The notes beneath the pieces were generated by a model. The model had not been told where the DNA came from and made no database searches. It saw only the letters and a list, made by a program, of their open reading frames with translations. Position numbers and translations under genes: made by a program. From NCBI RefSeq assembly GCF_009914755.1, contig NC_060930.1: a stretch of 64,000 nt of DNA. One strand, given 5' to 3'. The DNA is from the human T2T-CHM13v2.0 reference genome, Homo sapiens. Shown here piece after piece: positions 27,730-42,782 of this stretch; the stretch's first letter is position 1; each line of letters opens with the position of its first letter.

Positions 27730-28676
27730 GGTTCATAACTTTTTATATTATGAAACTTTAACTATTTTTGTTTCTGCACTCATGTTATATTTGTTTACAT
27801 AATGTTTAATTAAAATCTATAAGGGTTTGGGTTTAGAGAAGGGTAAGCACACTCCTCCCAGTCTTTCTCACTGAATGCAGCTGTAAAATCTGGACAGAAT
27901 GCAAGCAACAGCTGTTTATCTGAAAAGTAAATAATAGCAGGCAGATTAAGGCCAGAGGAAAGTCCAGAATGTGAAGTACCACTGACTGAAGTGGCATTGA
28001 GTTTATCAGCTTTTTTCCTCCAGTCCTCCCAAGGCTTAGCCCCACAGGTGGGCACAGCTATGGAAGTTTACAGCAGAGTCGTATAAACAGAGCTCCACCT
28101 TTCAGGCCACAAAACCAAAAAAGGGGAGTCCAGGAAACTGGAAAGTACTGGGAAAGAGAAGTACTTGGAAAAGTAACCCCATAAAGTTATTTATGAATGC
28201 CAAGCTCACTCTAAAGTTGCACATACATAGATCTGAACTTAATCAGCATTTATATGACTTTTATAAGACTTTGAGAACTTAGCAGATAGACTCTTGGCCC
28301 CCATATCATATTGGCCACTGGGTGGTGAACATGTGGGACAGATCCCAACAGCACAGCAAAGGCATTGAACACCGAATTGGTGTTGGAACCACAATCCACT
28401 GAAAGTACATTGGAAATTGTGACCTGAACCTAACTAGATTATTTGTCTGCGAAAACAAAAATAGCAGCATTCTCCATAGGATTTAAACAAGGCCCAGCAT
28501 CTCATAACATAATATTCAAAATGTCCAGCATAGAACCCAAAATTACTTGATATCAAAAAGTCAGGAACATCTCAATTTGAATAGGTCAAGACAATTAATA
28601 GAGGCCAAAGCCAAGATGAAATTTATGTTAGAATTACCTGATAAAAATTTTAAAGCAGCTATTATAAAATACTTCA

Positions 28677-29087
<411 letters not shown>

Positions 29088-29258
29088 AGCCAAATAAAAA
29101 TTTTAGAAGTGGAAATAAAATAATGAAAATAAACTAATTGGCTGAGCTTAATAGCAGGATGGAGATAATAGAGCAAAGAATCAATGGACTTGAAGACAGA
29201 CCAATAGAAATTATCCAATTTGAACAACAAACAAAAAAAAGTTTAAAAAATGAACCGT

Positions 29259-29393
29259 GGCTGGACGTGGTGGCTCACACCTATAATCCCAGCATTTTGG
29301 GAGGCTGAGGCTGGAGAATTGCTTGAGCTCAGGAGTTTGAGATCACCCTGGGCAACACAGTAAAATGTCATCTCTACTAAAATAATAAAAGCA
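29259..29393 (+). mobile_element. FLAM
   Basis: Monomer; TSD aaatgaac.g. Confidence 0.88.
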
Positions 29394-30474
29394 AATGAAC
29401 TGAGCCTTAAGAACTTGTGGATAATAACAAAAGTTTTAACTTCTGTTTAATTAGAGTCTCCAAAGAAGAAAAGAATGTGTTGCTAAAAATAGATTGGAAG
29501 AACTGATGGTTGACACTTAACCAAAAGAAGATATATAGATTGCAAATAAGCACATGAAAAGATATTCAATATATTTATCCATTAGTGAAATAAAAATTAA
29601 AAACATAACGGGATACCACATCACACCCATTAAGATGGCTTTTAAAAATATTGACAATTCCAAGGGCTGATAAGAAGGCAGTACAACTGAAGCTCTCATA
29701 CATTGCTGGTGGAAATACAAAATGGGACAGCCACTCTGGAAAACAATCTGGCTTAAAAAGTTAAACATAAATTTACCATATTTATGTTTACCAAATTTAC
29801 CATATTTACCCAGAAATTGACTTTCAGTGCAGTCATCTTAGAGAAATGGAAATGTATAGTCACACAAAAGCCTGCGTATGACTGTTTATAGCAGTTCTAT
29901 TTACAATAGCCACAAACAGGAAACAAATATCCTTCAGTGTGTGAATGGGTAGACAAACTGGGGCACATCCCTGAAATAAAATTCTACATAGCAGTATAAA
30001 AGAACAAACCATTGAAACATATAGCAGTTTGACTGAATCTCAAAAGCATTATGCTGAACGAAAAAAAAAAGTGTCAAAAGGTTACATGCTACATAAATTC
30101 ATCTATATGATTTTCCAGAAGACAAAACTGTAGGGTTAAAGAACAGATCAGGGGTTTGTACCAGAGGACAAAACTGTAGCATTAAGGGGAGAGTGTGACT
30201 ATAAAAAGAATAGCATGAAAAACTTTTGGGGGCAATGGAAGTTTTCTGTGTCTTTAATTGTGGTGGTGGTTATACTAACCTATAAATTAGTTGAAATTCA
30301 TAGAACTGTATAACAAAAAAAGTCGATTTTAATGTATGATAATTGTTTAAAAGAAATAGAAAGTGCATAATTACAATAACAAGTGTTCTTAGCACAAACA
30401 ATTTAGCTCATGAGAGGTGAAAAGAACTAGAAAGTGAACTAGCCATGAGCAATTTGTATGACAGTCTGTCATAG

Positions 30475-30678
<204 letters not shown>

Positions 30679-31813
30679 TAAATGGAGGTCTATCAGAGAG
30701 CCTCTACTGTACTTCATAATTTTACTTCATTCTTTCTTGAAAATGTGCACTATAATTGTTTGAATTCCCTAGGTTAAAAATCTCCGTATAAATGTCCTTC
30801 ATTCTTCTTTTGACTACTGAAAGTCAATAACACTTTATCAGTGCACACGAACTCCCACATATACTTCCCACACGGGCTGTTTCAAATTCTTCCTAGCTCA
30901 TAGTTCTCAGTTCCTCCTCACTGCTGTCATTAAAGTTGATGACCTCTGTCACCTTCCTGTGGTGGGGCAGTTTGTATGGTGCTAGTACAACCAAGGTATA
31001 CTAAGGATCATGCTCTTTTCCACTGACTGGAAGCAACCTGCCAACCCTGACCATCATGCCTATAAGGGCTCGTGGATTTTACAACATGGATGATGAAGGA
31101 GAGGATGGAATAACAGCTCCAGGGGAGCATTCACATGGACTCAGAAAATAATTCTGAATGCAGGCTTCACTGAGTCCAGACTTCAAGAGTGGTCTTCTTG
31201 AGATAAATCAAGATATATCTATCATCACAACTCTGGCTAACTTTTCACCTGAGTGTTTCCCCGTGTCTATCACTTTTTCCTTTTCCAAAAGTCTCAAAGA
31301 AAGAGTGGATCCCTTTCAAAGGCTAACAACCCTCCTGTGTTCCAAATTCCATTTCCTTCTTGCAGTCAAAATCTCCTCCCCCAAATCTCCTGTTCTCCAG
31401 TGGAATATATTTTCCTATGTTTCCAAGAAATTTATCCTTGTGTAATCATTTCTACAAACATGTAGTTCATCTTAAAATGGGTGAAATACGGGGACATGTT
31501 TTTATTCCTCATCTGTAGATACTTCTTTGTTAAATCACTTTAGCTGCCTCTTTCAGAATAATTTTTTAATTTTTTCTAAATATATTTATTTTCTATTCTT
31601 TTATTATTGTTATTGCTTTGCTCAGAAACTTCTAATTCATATGTAGAAATTCTATTTGGTATAACATGCTGTCAAGAGTGTTTCTGTCTACTTAACCCAA
31701 CCTATGGGACTCTCATGACACTTAAGGTGTATAGAACAGGACACTGATGAGGATAAAACCAACACTAGAGGATGGAATGCCCTTGAAGATCTTCATATTA
31801 AAAGGAGTTTCCT

Positions 31814-32124
31814 GGTTGGGCGCAGTGGCTCACACCTGTAATTCCAGCACTTTGAGAGGCTGAGGTGAGCAGATCACTTGAGGTCAGGAATTTGAGACCA
31901 GCCTGGCCAACACTGTGCAATCCCTTCTCTATCAAAAAATACAAAAACTAGCCAGGTGCAGTGGCACACACCTGTAGTCCCAGCTACATGGGAGGCTGAG
32001 GTGGGAGCATCACTTGAACCCGGGAAGCGGGGGTTGCAGCGAGCCGAGATTGCACCACTGCACTACAGCCTGGGCAGCAGAGTGAGACCCTGTCTCAAAT
32101 ACAAAACAAGACAAAAAAACAAAA
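31814..32124 (+). mobile_element. AluS/J
   Basis: TSD aaaggagtttt?cctg. Confidence 0.93.
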
Positions 32125-33026
32125 AGGAGTTTTCCTGTATGACCATGGGCACTTAAAGTACAGGGTCCAGGAGAAGTCAGTTAACACCAGATCATAACTG
32201 TAGCATTTCTTTTGTTTCTGAAAAACTCTCAGATGTTGTGACTTTGCATGATAAGAGGAAGCTGCAAGAAGAAGTCTTGTGCTGGGGAAATAGAAATAGA
32301 CCACAAGAAATGCTTACTGTCTCAATTAGCGTCAGCTGTCCCAACGCTGACCTAAAAGGAGCCCAATATTAGTCTATTAGGAGACAGGCATGGGGCCGGC
32401 CCTCTCTGGCCAAGAATGGATACTATGAAATAAATGTCTGGAACCATTGCACTTCTCTTCTCCCAGATGTCACACCCGCTTCTTGGCAGTCAGGGCTTTG
32501 AGCTCATCACATTTGGGTCTGGCCTCATGTGGAAGATGTAATAATACCTACGAAGGACTTTAGGCAAAACATTCTATTTTCAGAATAATAGAAAAGTTCT
32601 GATTTGAATGCTGTATGCTAGTTTCTAAATTAGGCATTTTGCACAAAGATATCTAAAAGTCAGCACTAGTCAATTGTGACAGAGTAGGCTTCTGGAAAAA
32701 TAGAGAAGCAACTTCACTTCTGAGTTGAAAACTTAATTTTTTATATATAGGTATTCCTGCCCTACCTGCCTAGTTTCCTTAAAAAGAAACACATTTCCAC
32801 TTCATAGCTTCCTTTACCCAACTCTCCGCTTTTCCCTTCTTTAAAATAATGACAACACTATGTGAAATGTGATTTGTTGTCAAAAAGGTGGATGAACAGT
32901 TGATTCTTCAAAATATTCATTATACCCTTTACTATGCCCTAACTCTGTGCGGGACATTGGCAAACACTGGGACTGCAATCTGCAAGGATTCTGTAGGCCC
33001 TGCCCTTCTGAAATTTAGTTCCCAGA

Positions 33027-33252
33027 ATATTGTTTCTCTACCATTTTTTCATTATTGCCCCCTAAGAAACATTTTTAGACACTCCTTTCCTAACTGCTCC
33101 ACCATGGAATTTTGATACCACAGATATCGTGTATATATTTATGTACTGTGTCTATATCCATGCATTATACACAGAAATATCAATGGCTTTTTGCTCCCAA
33201 GAATCAACTTTCACTCCCTCAGGGGTAATGTTATCCCTGTTAAAAGTGTATA
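33027..33252. mobile_element. hAT-Charlie MITE (MER106-like)
   Basis: ccattttttcattattgccccctaag..ttttgataccacagatat resembles a remembered Charlie MITE; name uncertain. Confidence 0.5.
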
Positions 33253-33257
33253 TTCTA

Positions 33258-33590
<333 letters not shown>

Positions 33591-34159
33591 CTAGGAGAAA
33601 GAAAGAGAATAGGCAAACACATAAGAAAAGTAACTGTGATGAATAAAATGTAGGAAATAAAAAGGGCTGAAAATTAGGGTACGGTTACTTTGGATAGGGA
33701 TGTACAACCATACACCTGTAGGTAAGCTCCAGGAAGGATGCCCGTAGCTTCCTGGTCTCATTTTCCCTGGAGCCCAGTTAAAGTCCCCCACCTGAAATTG
33801 GAAAGGAAAAAAAAGACTAAATATAATTCACTAGAATACAAATAACTTCTGTCTTCCTGTTATTCAAACAAAGTCACATTAAGCCATGTTCCTCCTTTAT
33901 ACAAGCTCTACACCCTAAACAGCAGAGTTGCCAAAAGCTGGACACTCGAGGAATACAATTTTATTGGTCACGTGTTTCTGTGCAACTCTGAATGGGTCAT
34001 TGTTTCTTAATAAGGATGTGAGGCTATCAAAGTTAAATTTAGCTCACCATGGTTGTGGTGGAACAAAGCCGATATATTTGCATAATGCTCTCCTACATAG
34101 GTGTGTTCCAGCAAAATAGTGAAGGCAGCATAATTGAATGCTGAAAGACAATAAAATGT

Positions 34160-34268
34160 TCTGGCTAAGAGCACTGGAGTCCAGACCACTGTCCACAAAC
34201 AGGCAGGTCATTTAACTACTCTCTAAGGCTTAGTTTATCCATATGTAAAATGAGAATATTATACTATT
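34160..34268 (+). mobile_element. MIR fragment
   Basis: taagagcactggagtccagac..ggcaggtcatttaac..gtttatccatatgtaaaatgag. Confidence 0.7.
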
Positions 34269-34273
34269 ATATT

Positions 34274-34580
<307 letters not shown>

Positions 34581-35009
34581 TATATTGGGTTGGGTTTTTG
34601 TTTTGGTAGTACTTTCTAGTTGTGCTATTTTTTTTAGGGTAAAAAAGGTTAAAATTTGGTTAAATCAAAGCAGGATCTCTGGTATTTAATCATGAGTAAT
34701 ATTTTGCCTAATATGCCTTTTAATTACACCTGGCTTTCAATTACATTTGTTGATTTTTTTTCTAAATTGATCTGTTATTTTATTTAACCCCTTTTGACTG
34801 CTAAGTTACATTTTATAAGTGTAGTTTGTACTACCCTTCATCCAGCACTATGAAATGGTGATTTTTTTTTTTTTTTAGAGTTAGTGAATTAATACTAATA
34901 GTTCTGCTAACTTTGGTCCTTCCAAAGACTTATACAATTTGAATCCCATAATGTTTCAAATCAAACTCTCTGTCTCCCCAATTCCTCCCTGAATCTGTAT
35001 CAGCTTTGA

Positions 35010-35660
<651 letters not shown>

Positions 35661-36325
35661 ACCATCCTGATAATTATCTATGCTAACCCTCAGGGTCATC
35701 ACGTCTCATGCACAATCCAATTTCTCACCATGTGTACGCAATATTTCTGTCATGTGTTCCTGCCTCTCCATTCCCTTTCCAAAATCTTTCCAAGTATATT
35801 TTCTCAAGAGAGGTACTATTCCTAAATACCAAACATACACTCAAGCATAGTGTAAGGGATATTTGTCATGTCTGAGGCCACCTAGCATGTTTAAACACCC
35901 TTCCTATGTTTGGAGAATTCCGCATATGATGAGCCCTTTCTCAAGGCAGAAGCTAGGACTGGCTCTCTTACCCTATCTTAGTTAGGATATAGCGATCCAG
36001 CCAGGGGCAGATTCCAGTTTTGTAGGGGTTTGACCCTAATACAATTTTGGGGCCTTCTTTTTACAAAGCAACAAAATTACAAATTTAAAATTAGGTTTAA
36101 AAATTAACTTCACAATTTGAATGAGAAAAAAAAATCAAAACTACAAATTTTAGGAGATAACCAGTACCATGAACACCACAAATCCAGAAAAACAATGTAA
36201 TTTTTAAATCAATAATTTGCCTAATGTACCTCTTTAATATTTTTCTTCATTATTTTAACTACATTATTTTAACTCTTTGATTATTAATTCACATGACAAT
36301 GATTTCATAATTTTTCATATTAAAA

Positions 36326-36452
36326 TATTTTTGTAGAGAAGGGATCTCACTAGCTTGCTCAGGCCGGTCTTGAACTGCTGGCCACAAGTGATCCTCACAC
36401 TTTGGCCTCTTGAAGTGTTCGGATTACAGGCATGAGCCACCACATCCAGATC
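36326..36452 (-). mobile_element. FLAM
   Basis: Reverse Alu monomer. Confidence 0.85.
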
Positions 36453-36457
36453 TGTGA

Positions 36458-37815
36458 TTTTTTTTTTTTTTTTTTTTTTTAGTATTTATTGATCATTCTT
36501 GGGTGTTTCTCGGAGAGGGGGATTTGGCAGGGTCATAGGACAACAGTGGAGGGAAGGTCAGCAGATAAACATGTGAACAAGGGTCTCTGGTTTTCCTAGG
36601 CAGAGGACCCTGCGGCCTTCCGCAGTGTTTGTGTCCCTGGGTACTTGAGATTAGGGAGTGGTGATGACTCTTAATGAGCATGCTGCCTTCAAGCATCTGT
36701 TTAACAAAGCACATCTTGCACCGCCCTTAATCCATTTAACCCTAAGTGGACACAGCACATGCTTCAGAGAGCACAGGGTTGGGGGTAAGGTTATAGATTA
36801 ACAGCATCCCAAGACAGAATTTTTCTTAGTACAGAACAAAATGGAGTCTCCTATGTCTACTTCTTTCTACAGAGACACAGTAACAATCTGATCTCTCTTT
36901 CTTTTCCCCACATTTCCCCCTTTTCTATTCGACAAAACCGTCATCGTCATCATGGCCCTTTCTCAATGAGCTGTTGGGTACACCTCCCAGACAGGGTGGC
37001 GGCCGGGCAGAGGGGCTCCTCACTTCCCAGACGGGATGGCCAGGCAGAGGCGCCCCCCACCTCCTGGACGGGGCAGCGGCCGGGCGGGGGCTGCCCCCCA
37101 CCTCCCTCCCGGACTGGGTGGCTGGCCGGGCAGGGGTTGCCCCCCACCTCCCTCCCGGACGGGCGGCTGGCTTGGGGGGGGGGTGCTGCCCTCCACCTCC
37201 CGGACGGGGCGGCTGCCCGGCAAGACGCTCCTCACTTCCCAGATGGGGCGGCTGCCAGGCGGAGGGGCTCCTCACTTCTCAGACGGGGCGGCCGGGCAGA
37301 GACGCTCCTCACCTCCCAGATGGGGTGGCGGTCGGGCAGAGACACTCCTCAGATCCCAGACGGGGTCGCGGCCGGGCAGAGGCGCTTCTCACATCCCAGA
37401 CAGGGCGGCGGGGCAGAGGAGCTCCCCACATCTCAGACGATGGGCGGCCTGGGCAACATTGAGCACTGAGTGAGCGAGACTCCGTCTGCAATCCTGGCAC
37501 CTCGGGAGGCCCAGGCGGGCAGATCACTCGCGGTCAGGAGCTGGAGACCAGCCCGGCCAACACGGCAAAACCGCGTCTCCACCAAAAAATACAAAAACCG
37601 GTCAGGCGTGGCGGCACGCGCCTGCAATCCCAGGCACTGGGCAGGCTGAGGCAGGAGAATCAGGCAGGGAGGTTGCAGTGAGCCCAGATGGCGGCAGTAC
37701 AGTCCAGCCTCGACTCGGCATCAGAGGGAGACCGTGGAAAGTGCGAGATGAGGGAGCGGCATCAGAGGGAAAGTGGGGGGAGAGGGAGAGGGAGAGGGAA
37801 AGGGAGAGGGAGACC
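36458..37815 (-). mobile_element. SVA retrotransposon (old SVA_A/B-like), with internal deletion
   Basis: Poly-T, tttatt (36485-36490), SINE-R ~36481-36980, GC-rich VNTR ~36985-37450, Alu-like ~37450-37735, (CCCTCT)n ~37780-37813; ggttatagattaacagc and aatggagtctcctatg are old-subfamily variants. Confidence 0.96.
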
Positions 37816-38115
37816 AATTTTTTTTTTATAAAAAGAAAAAAAGTACTTTAGTCTCCTTTGTCCTATCTGGTCAATTGATTTTTTGATTGACAGTTTAGAA
37901 AAGTGTCTTTAAGCTTCACAACTGATGATTGATAATATTGTGTAAATTTAGTGAGGTTGACAGAAGTCAGAATTGCAGGTACAATATTTCTACTGCAAAT
38001 TTTACAAAAACATAGGACAGACATTTATTCCTAGGGCTCTCCCAGGGCCTTGGAAAGGGTCTGCATAAGTACAGGGCCCTGAGGCTTAAGATTCATTAGC
38101 TTTGTGATACATCCA

Positions 38116-38472
38116 TATATTAGTCCGTTTTCATGCTGCTCATAAAGACATACCTGAGACTGGATAATTTATAAAGGAAAAAGGTGTAATTGACTCACAG
38201 TTCCACATGGCTGGGGAGGCCTCACAATCATGGCGGAAGAGCAAGGGACCATCTTACATGGCGGCAGGCAAGAAAAGAGTTTGTGCAGGGAAACTTGCCC
38301 TTATAAAACCATCAGATCTCATGAGACTTACTCACTATCATGAGAACAGCATGGGAAAGACCTACCCCCATGATTCAATTACTTCCCATTGAGTTCCTCC
38401 CATGACACATGGGAATTGTTGGAGCAACAATTCAAAGTGAGATTTGGGTGGGGACAGAGCCAAACCATATCA
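38116..38472 (-). mobile_element. THE1B-like solo LTR
   Basis: tattagtccgttttcatgctgct..caaaccatatca; TSD ATCCA/ATTCA. Confidence 0.92.
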
Positions 38473-39224
38473 ATTCATCTCTGCATCCTCTTAGGCTTTG
38501 CCAATCAGACATGATCATAAAGTTTTCACTTCAGAACTGAACAACCCTAGGAAGCAGGAGCCCTTGTCATCTACCATTTCATAAGAATGACAAGAGAGGC
38601 ACCAGCTCTGCCAGGCACCGGTGGTGAAATTTCTGGTGTTGGGTCTCCAGAGTTATTGGTGGAGGCTGTGGTGTCTGTACCATGCAGGAGCTGTAGCACC
38701 CTCTCGCCTTGAGCAGCCCTCAGAGTGTGACATGGGCATGGATGCTGGCCGCAGAGCCTCTGGACCTTACTCTCCAGACCCCTTGCAGATTCAATGAGGT
38801 ACCAAATATCCTTATTAAATTCACCTTATTTTTCTGCTTAAATTAGTTATTATAGAATAGTTTCTGCTTGCAACCATGAATCCTGACTGCTACATGTGGA
38901 AGTGTGTTCTACAGGACTAAGGCAGAGGCTGAGGCATCATCAGCCTACCTGAGATGATGGAATAATTCAAGGATCGGAAAGTGAATCAAAGCAGAATGCA
39001 TGGGAGAAAACAGGTGACCAAATACCAGAAAAGTAAGGATGAAAGTCAGATACATGGGCCCATTTAAAGGCAGAAGCCAGAGAGCCAAGAATCTTGATTA
39101 TTGAATGCAGATGAAGGCAGAGGAGGTTCAGAAAAGGCAAAGTGGGGTAGGTCAAGACCCCATTTGGTAGGCCAGCAGTTGGGTGGTGTATATAAGGATT
39201 GAGTGGCCTTAAAAAGGAATAGAA

Positions 39225-39537
39225 GGCCAGGTACAGGGGCCTCACACATGTAATCACTACACTTTGGGAGGCTGGGGCAGGAGGATCACATAAGCCCAGA
39301 TGTTTGAGACCAGTCTGGGCAACAAAGGGAGACCCCCATCTCTACAAAAAATTTAAACGTTAGCCAGGTGTTTTGATGCACGCTTGTAGTCCCATCTACT
39401 TGGGAGGCTGAGGTGGGAGGATCACTTGAGCCTATGAGGTGGAGGCTGCAGTAAGCCATGATCACACCATTGCACTTCAGCCTGGGTGACAGAGAGAAAC
39501 CTGTCTCTAAAAAAAAATTAATTTAAATTTAAAAAAA
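39225..39537 (+). mobile_element. AluJ
   Basis: TSD aggaatagaa. Confidence 0.93.
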
Positions 39538-39689
39538 GAGGAATAGAAGAAGGCTGGACAGTACTATAACCCAGACTGTCGTTAGCTCTCTCTTGGAACC
39601 ATAAAAGCCTTCAACATTCTCCCACCTTATTCTCTGCCCTACACAGTATGTTCTTTACACACAAAAAAAGCTATCTGGGGCCATGATCA

Positions 39690-40460
39690 TTGCCCTACTT
39701 TTGAGATATCAATTGTGACTCCCCATTGCCTAGAGAACATCACAGAATTCATTAGCCTGGCATTTCTGACCCTCCCTCATCTAGGTCAATCCATTTATCC
39801 AACATATTCCTCATTAACTTTCTCATACTATATGCTAGAGCTGCACTAAACTATTTGGTATTTCCTAGACATGCATTTCATTTTCCCACAAGCATGCTGT
39901 TCTTTCTGCCTGGGATGCTCTCCCTGTCACATTTCAGCACATCCAAATCACTCTATTTTCCAAAGCCCAGCTCAAATGTCACATTTCTTCTTCAGCAGCA
40001 GTATTTCCTCCCGGAAGCACATTAATTCTCATGTTAATTTTGCTTTCCATATTGCATTACATTTATTCAGGCACATATTTTTATTTCCTCTAAGAACCCA
40101 GAAACTCACTTTGAACAGAATCTTGGCACAGTGACTTGTATACTATACTTGCTCAAAATAGTGTTGAACAAAGGGTTGAATGAAACAATTCTTGACACAT
40201 AATTTCCTGTAGAACCTAAAGTAGTTGACAGTGACCTATGGTGTGGTAAGAAAAGTACAGGCTTTGATCTCAGACACGTGGGAGCTGGAGTCACAACTTG
40301 TGCTGGCTGATGAATCTTCTGACACGTTGCTTAATCACAAAGAGGCATTGGTAGTAAGAGATAATAATCCTTATAGCATACTATTATTTTGAGAATTAAG
40401 TAAGGTTCTAGAAGGTAACTTACAATTCCTGATACAAAAGAGATGCTAACTGAATGTTAG
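39690..40460 (+). mobile_element. L2 relics followed by MIR
   Basis: ccagctcaaatgtcac..cttggcacagtg..ttgctcaaaatagtgttgaa (L2); ggtaagaaaagtacaggctttgatctcagac (MIR). Confidence 0.6.
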
Positions 40461-41469
40461 TGATTTTTTTCTCCCTTAGTCTTCTCCTAGCCTTAATATC
40501 TCTAATTCCATCTATTGTTTCTTACAGGACAGTTTTTTAGTCTGCTCATCAACATCATTTTATCCGCATTGTTCTCAAAAATCTGAACATTAAGACAACT
40601 CAAGTGTGACCTGACCAGTTCACAGAACGCTGAGAATATTACTTAGTACAATCTCATCACAATACTTCTATTTTGCAATACAAGATAGCCATATTATACT
40701 TTGCTTATATTAAGTTTGTAACTATCTAAAATCTCCAAGTTTTTTAGAGCAATCTACTTCCAGATAACATGTCTATTTTATACATAAATCTAAATGCACA
40801 TAATTCTTCTGATCTCTGTTAAGTTTCAACTAATTTATTTAAGCCCATAATTTTATTTTACCCAAATCCCTTTCGGTATTGATTTTAATAATCTTTAAAG
40901 AGGTGTAGGGGGGAAGATGATGGGAGGGACACTAAGTAATAACTTGAGACATTTGCCTTACTCTTACTTAATTGCAAAATAAACAGCTCCCATGGTGATC
41001 TGTAGTGCAGGCCAACATTTGTGTCTATGTGGAGGAAAAAGGATGACTTTTGCACTTTGCCTCTGCCAATAATAGCCACATGAGTAATTAAACTTCAACA
41101 AACTTAGTAATTAAATAATAGAAATTTTTTTTAGAGATCACCTTGGGGAAAAGAAAATGAGAAAAATGATGTTTCTTTAATGTCTCAAAACAGAAACAAT
41201 TATCTTATTTTTTAATCGAATATTGTACTATTCCACCAAAAACTCTGATTAGCAACCCTTGCTCTACTGCAAAAATCTAGTTTAAGTTTCTCAGATTGTA
41301 TGCAGATAGAATTATATTTTTCTTAATAAACATGTGAAATAAGCAAAGCAATCTAAATTTAAAAATGTACCGAGGGTCTTCTCAATAACTTTTCCATATG
41401 GTAGCCATGAGTGATGTTTTTCTTGTTAGAAATTTATGGGAAATATTCTTGGGAGCCTATTTTTCCTTA

Positions 41470-41808
41470 TGAAATGGGCTGAATGTTTGTGTTCTCCCCA
41501 AATTTATATACTGAAACAGAGATCCTGATGTGCTTGAGGTGGGGCCTTTGAGAGGTAATTAGATCATAAAGGTAGAGCCCTTATAAATGGCATTAGTGCC
41601 CTTATAAGAAGAAACCAGAAAGTTAGTTACCTCTCTGTCTGCCATGTGAAGGCATAGCAAGAAGATGACCCTCTGTAAACCAGGAAAAGGGCCCTCACCA
41701 AGAACTCAACCACAATACCACCCTGAACTCAGCCTCTACAACTGTGAGAAATTATTGTTTAAGCCACCCAATGTATGGTAATCTGTAGCAGTCTAAACTG
41801 ACTAAGAA
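41470..41808 (+). mobile_element. MLT1A-like solo LTR
   Basis: gggctgaatgtttgtg..ggcattagtgcccttataag..tttaagccaccc..gactaaga. Confidence 0.85.
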
Positions 41809-41842
41809 ATATCAATGTAAAGCCTACAAACATCAAATATAA

Positions 41843-42031
<189 letters not shown>

Positions 42032-42082
42032 TAATAAAGAGAAACTTTTGAAACACAAAATTTCTCTTAAAGTAAAATAATT

Positions 42083-42381
<299 letters not shown>

Positions 42382-42438
42382 TTAGTAGAGTGAAGAAGAA
42401 AATTCTAATAAAAGGGTCTAATAAAAAATTGTGTTATA

Positions 42439-42717
42439 GGCCCAGTACAGTGGCTTACACCTGTAATGCCAGTACTTTGGGAGGCCAAAGTGGGCAGATC
42501 ACTTGAGGTCAGGAGTTTGGGACCGGCCTGGCCAACATGGTGAAACCTCATCTCTACTAAAAATACAAAAATTAGCTGAGCATGGCAGCGCATGCTTGCA
42601 GTCCCAGCCACCCGGGAGGCTGGGGCAGGAGAATCACTTGAACCCTGGGGGTTGCAGTGAGCCGAGACTGTGCCACTGCACTCCAGCCTGGGTGACAGAG
42701 AGGGACTCCATCTCAAA

Positions 42718-42735
<18 letters not shown>
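42439..42735 (+). mobile_element. AluS
   Basis: Full dimer. Confidence 0.93.

Positions 42736-42780
<45 letters not shown>
42735..42780. repeat. (AT)~23 microsatellite at Alu tail
   Basis: Uninterrupted run. Confidence 0.97.

Positions 42781-42782
<2 letters not shown>

Larger units (their letters stand above)
36002..38483 (+). mobile_element. hAT-Tip100 DNA transposon (Arthur1/MER69-like), interrupted
   Basis: Left end caggggcagattccagttttgt; right end cagggccttggaaaggg..gcttaagattcattagc..(THE1)..tctctg. Confidence 0.6.
35862..38894 (+). mobile_element. ERVL LTR33-like LTR split by a nested stack
   Basis: Pieces ~35862-36001 and 38484-38894; ends ttctgcttaaattag..gcttgcaacc..cctgactgctaca. 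Confidence 0.6.

Noticed and set aside
36925-37527. Longest ORFs in the window (145-167 aa)
   Set aside because: The GC-rich SVA VNTR lacks stop codons in several frames on both strands
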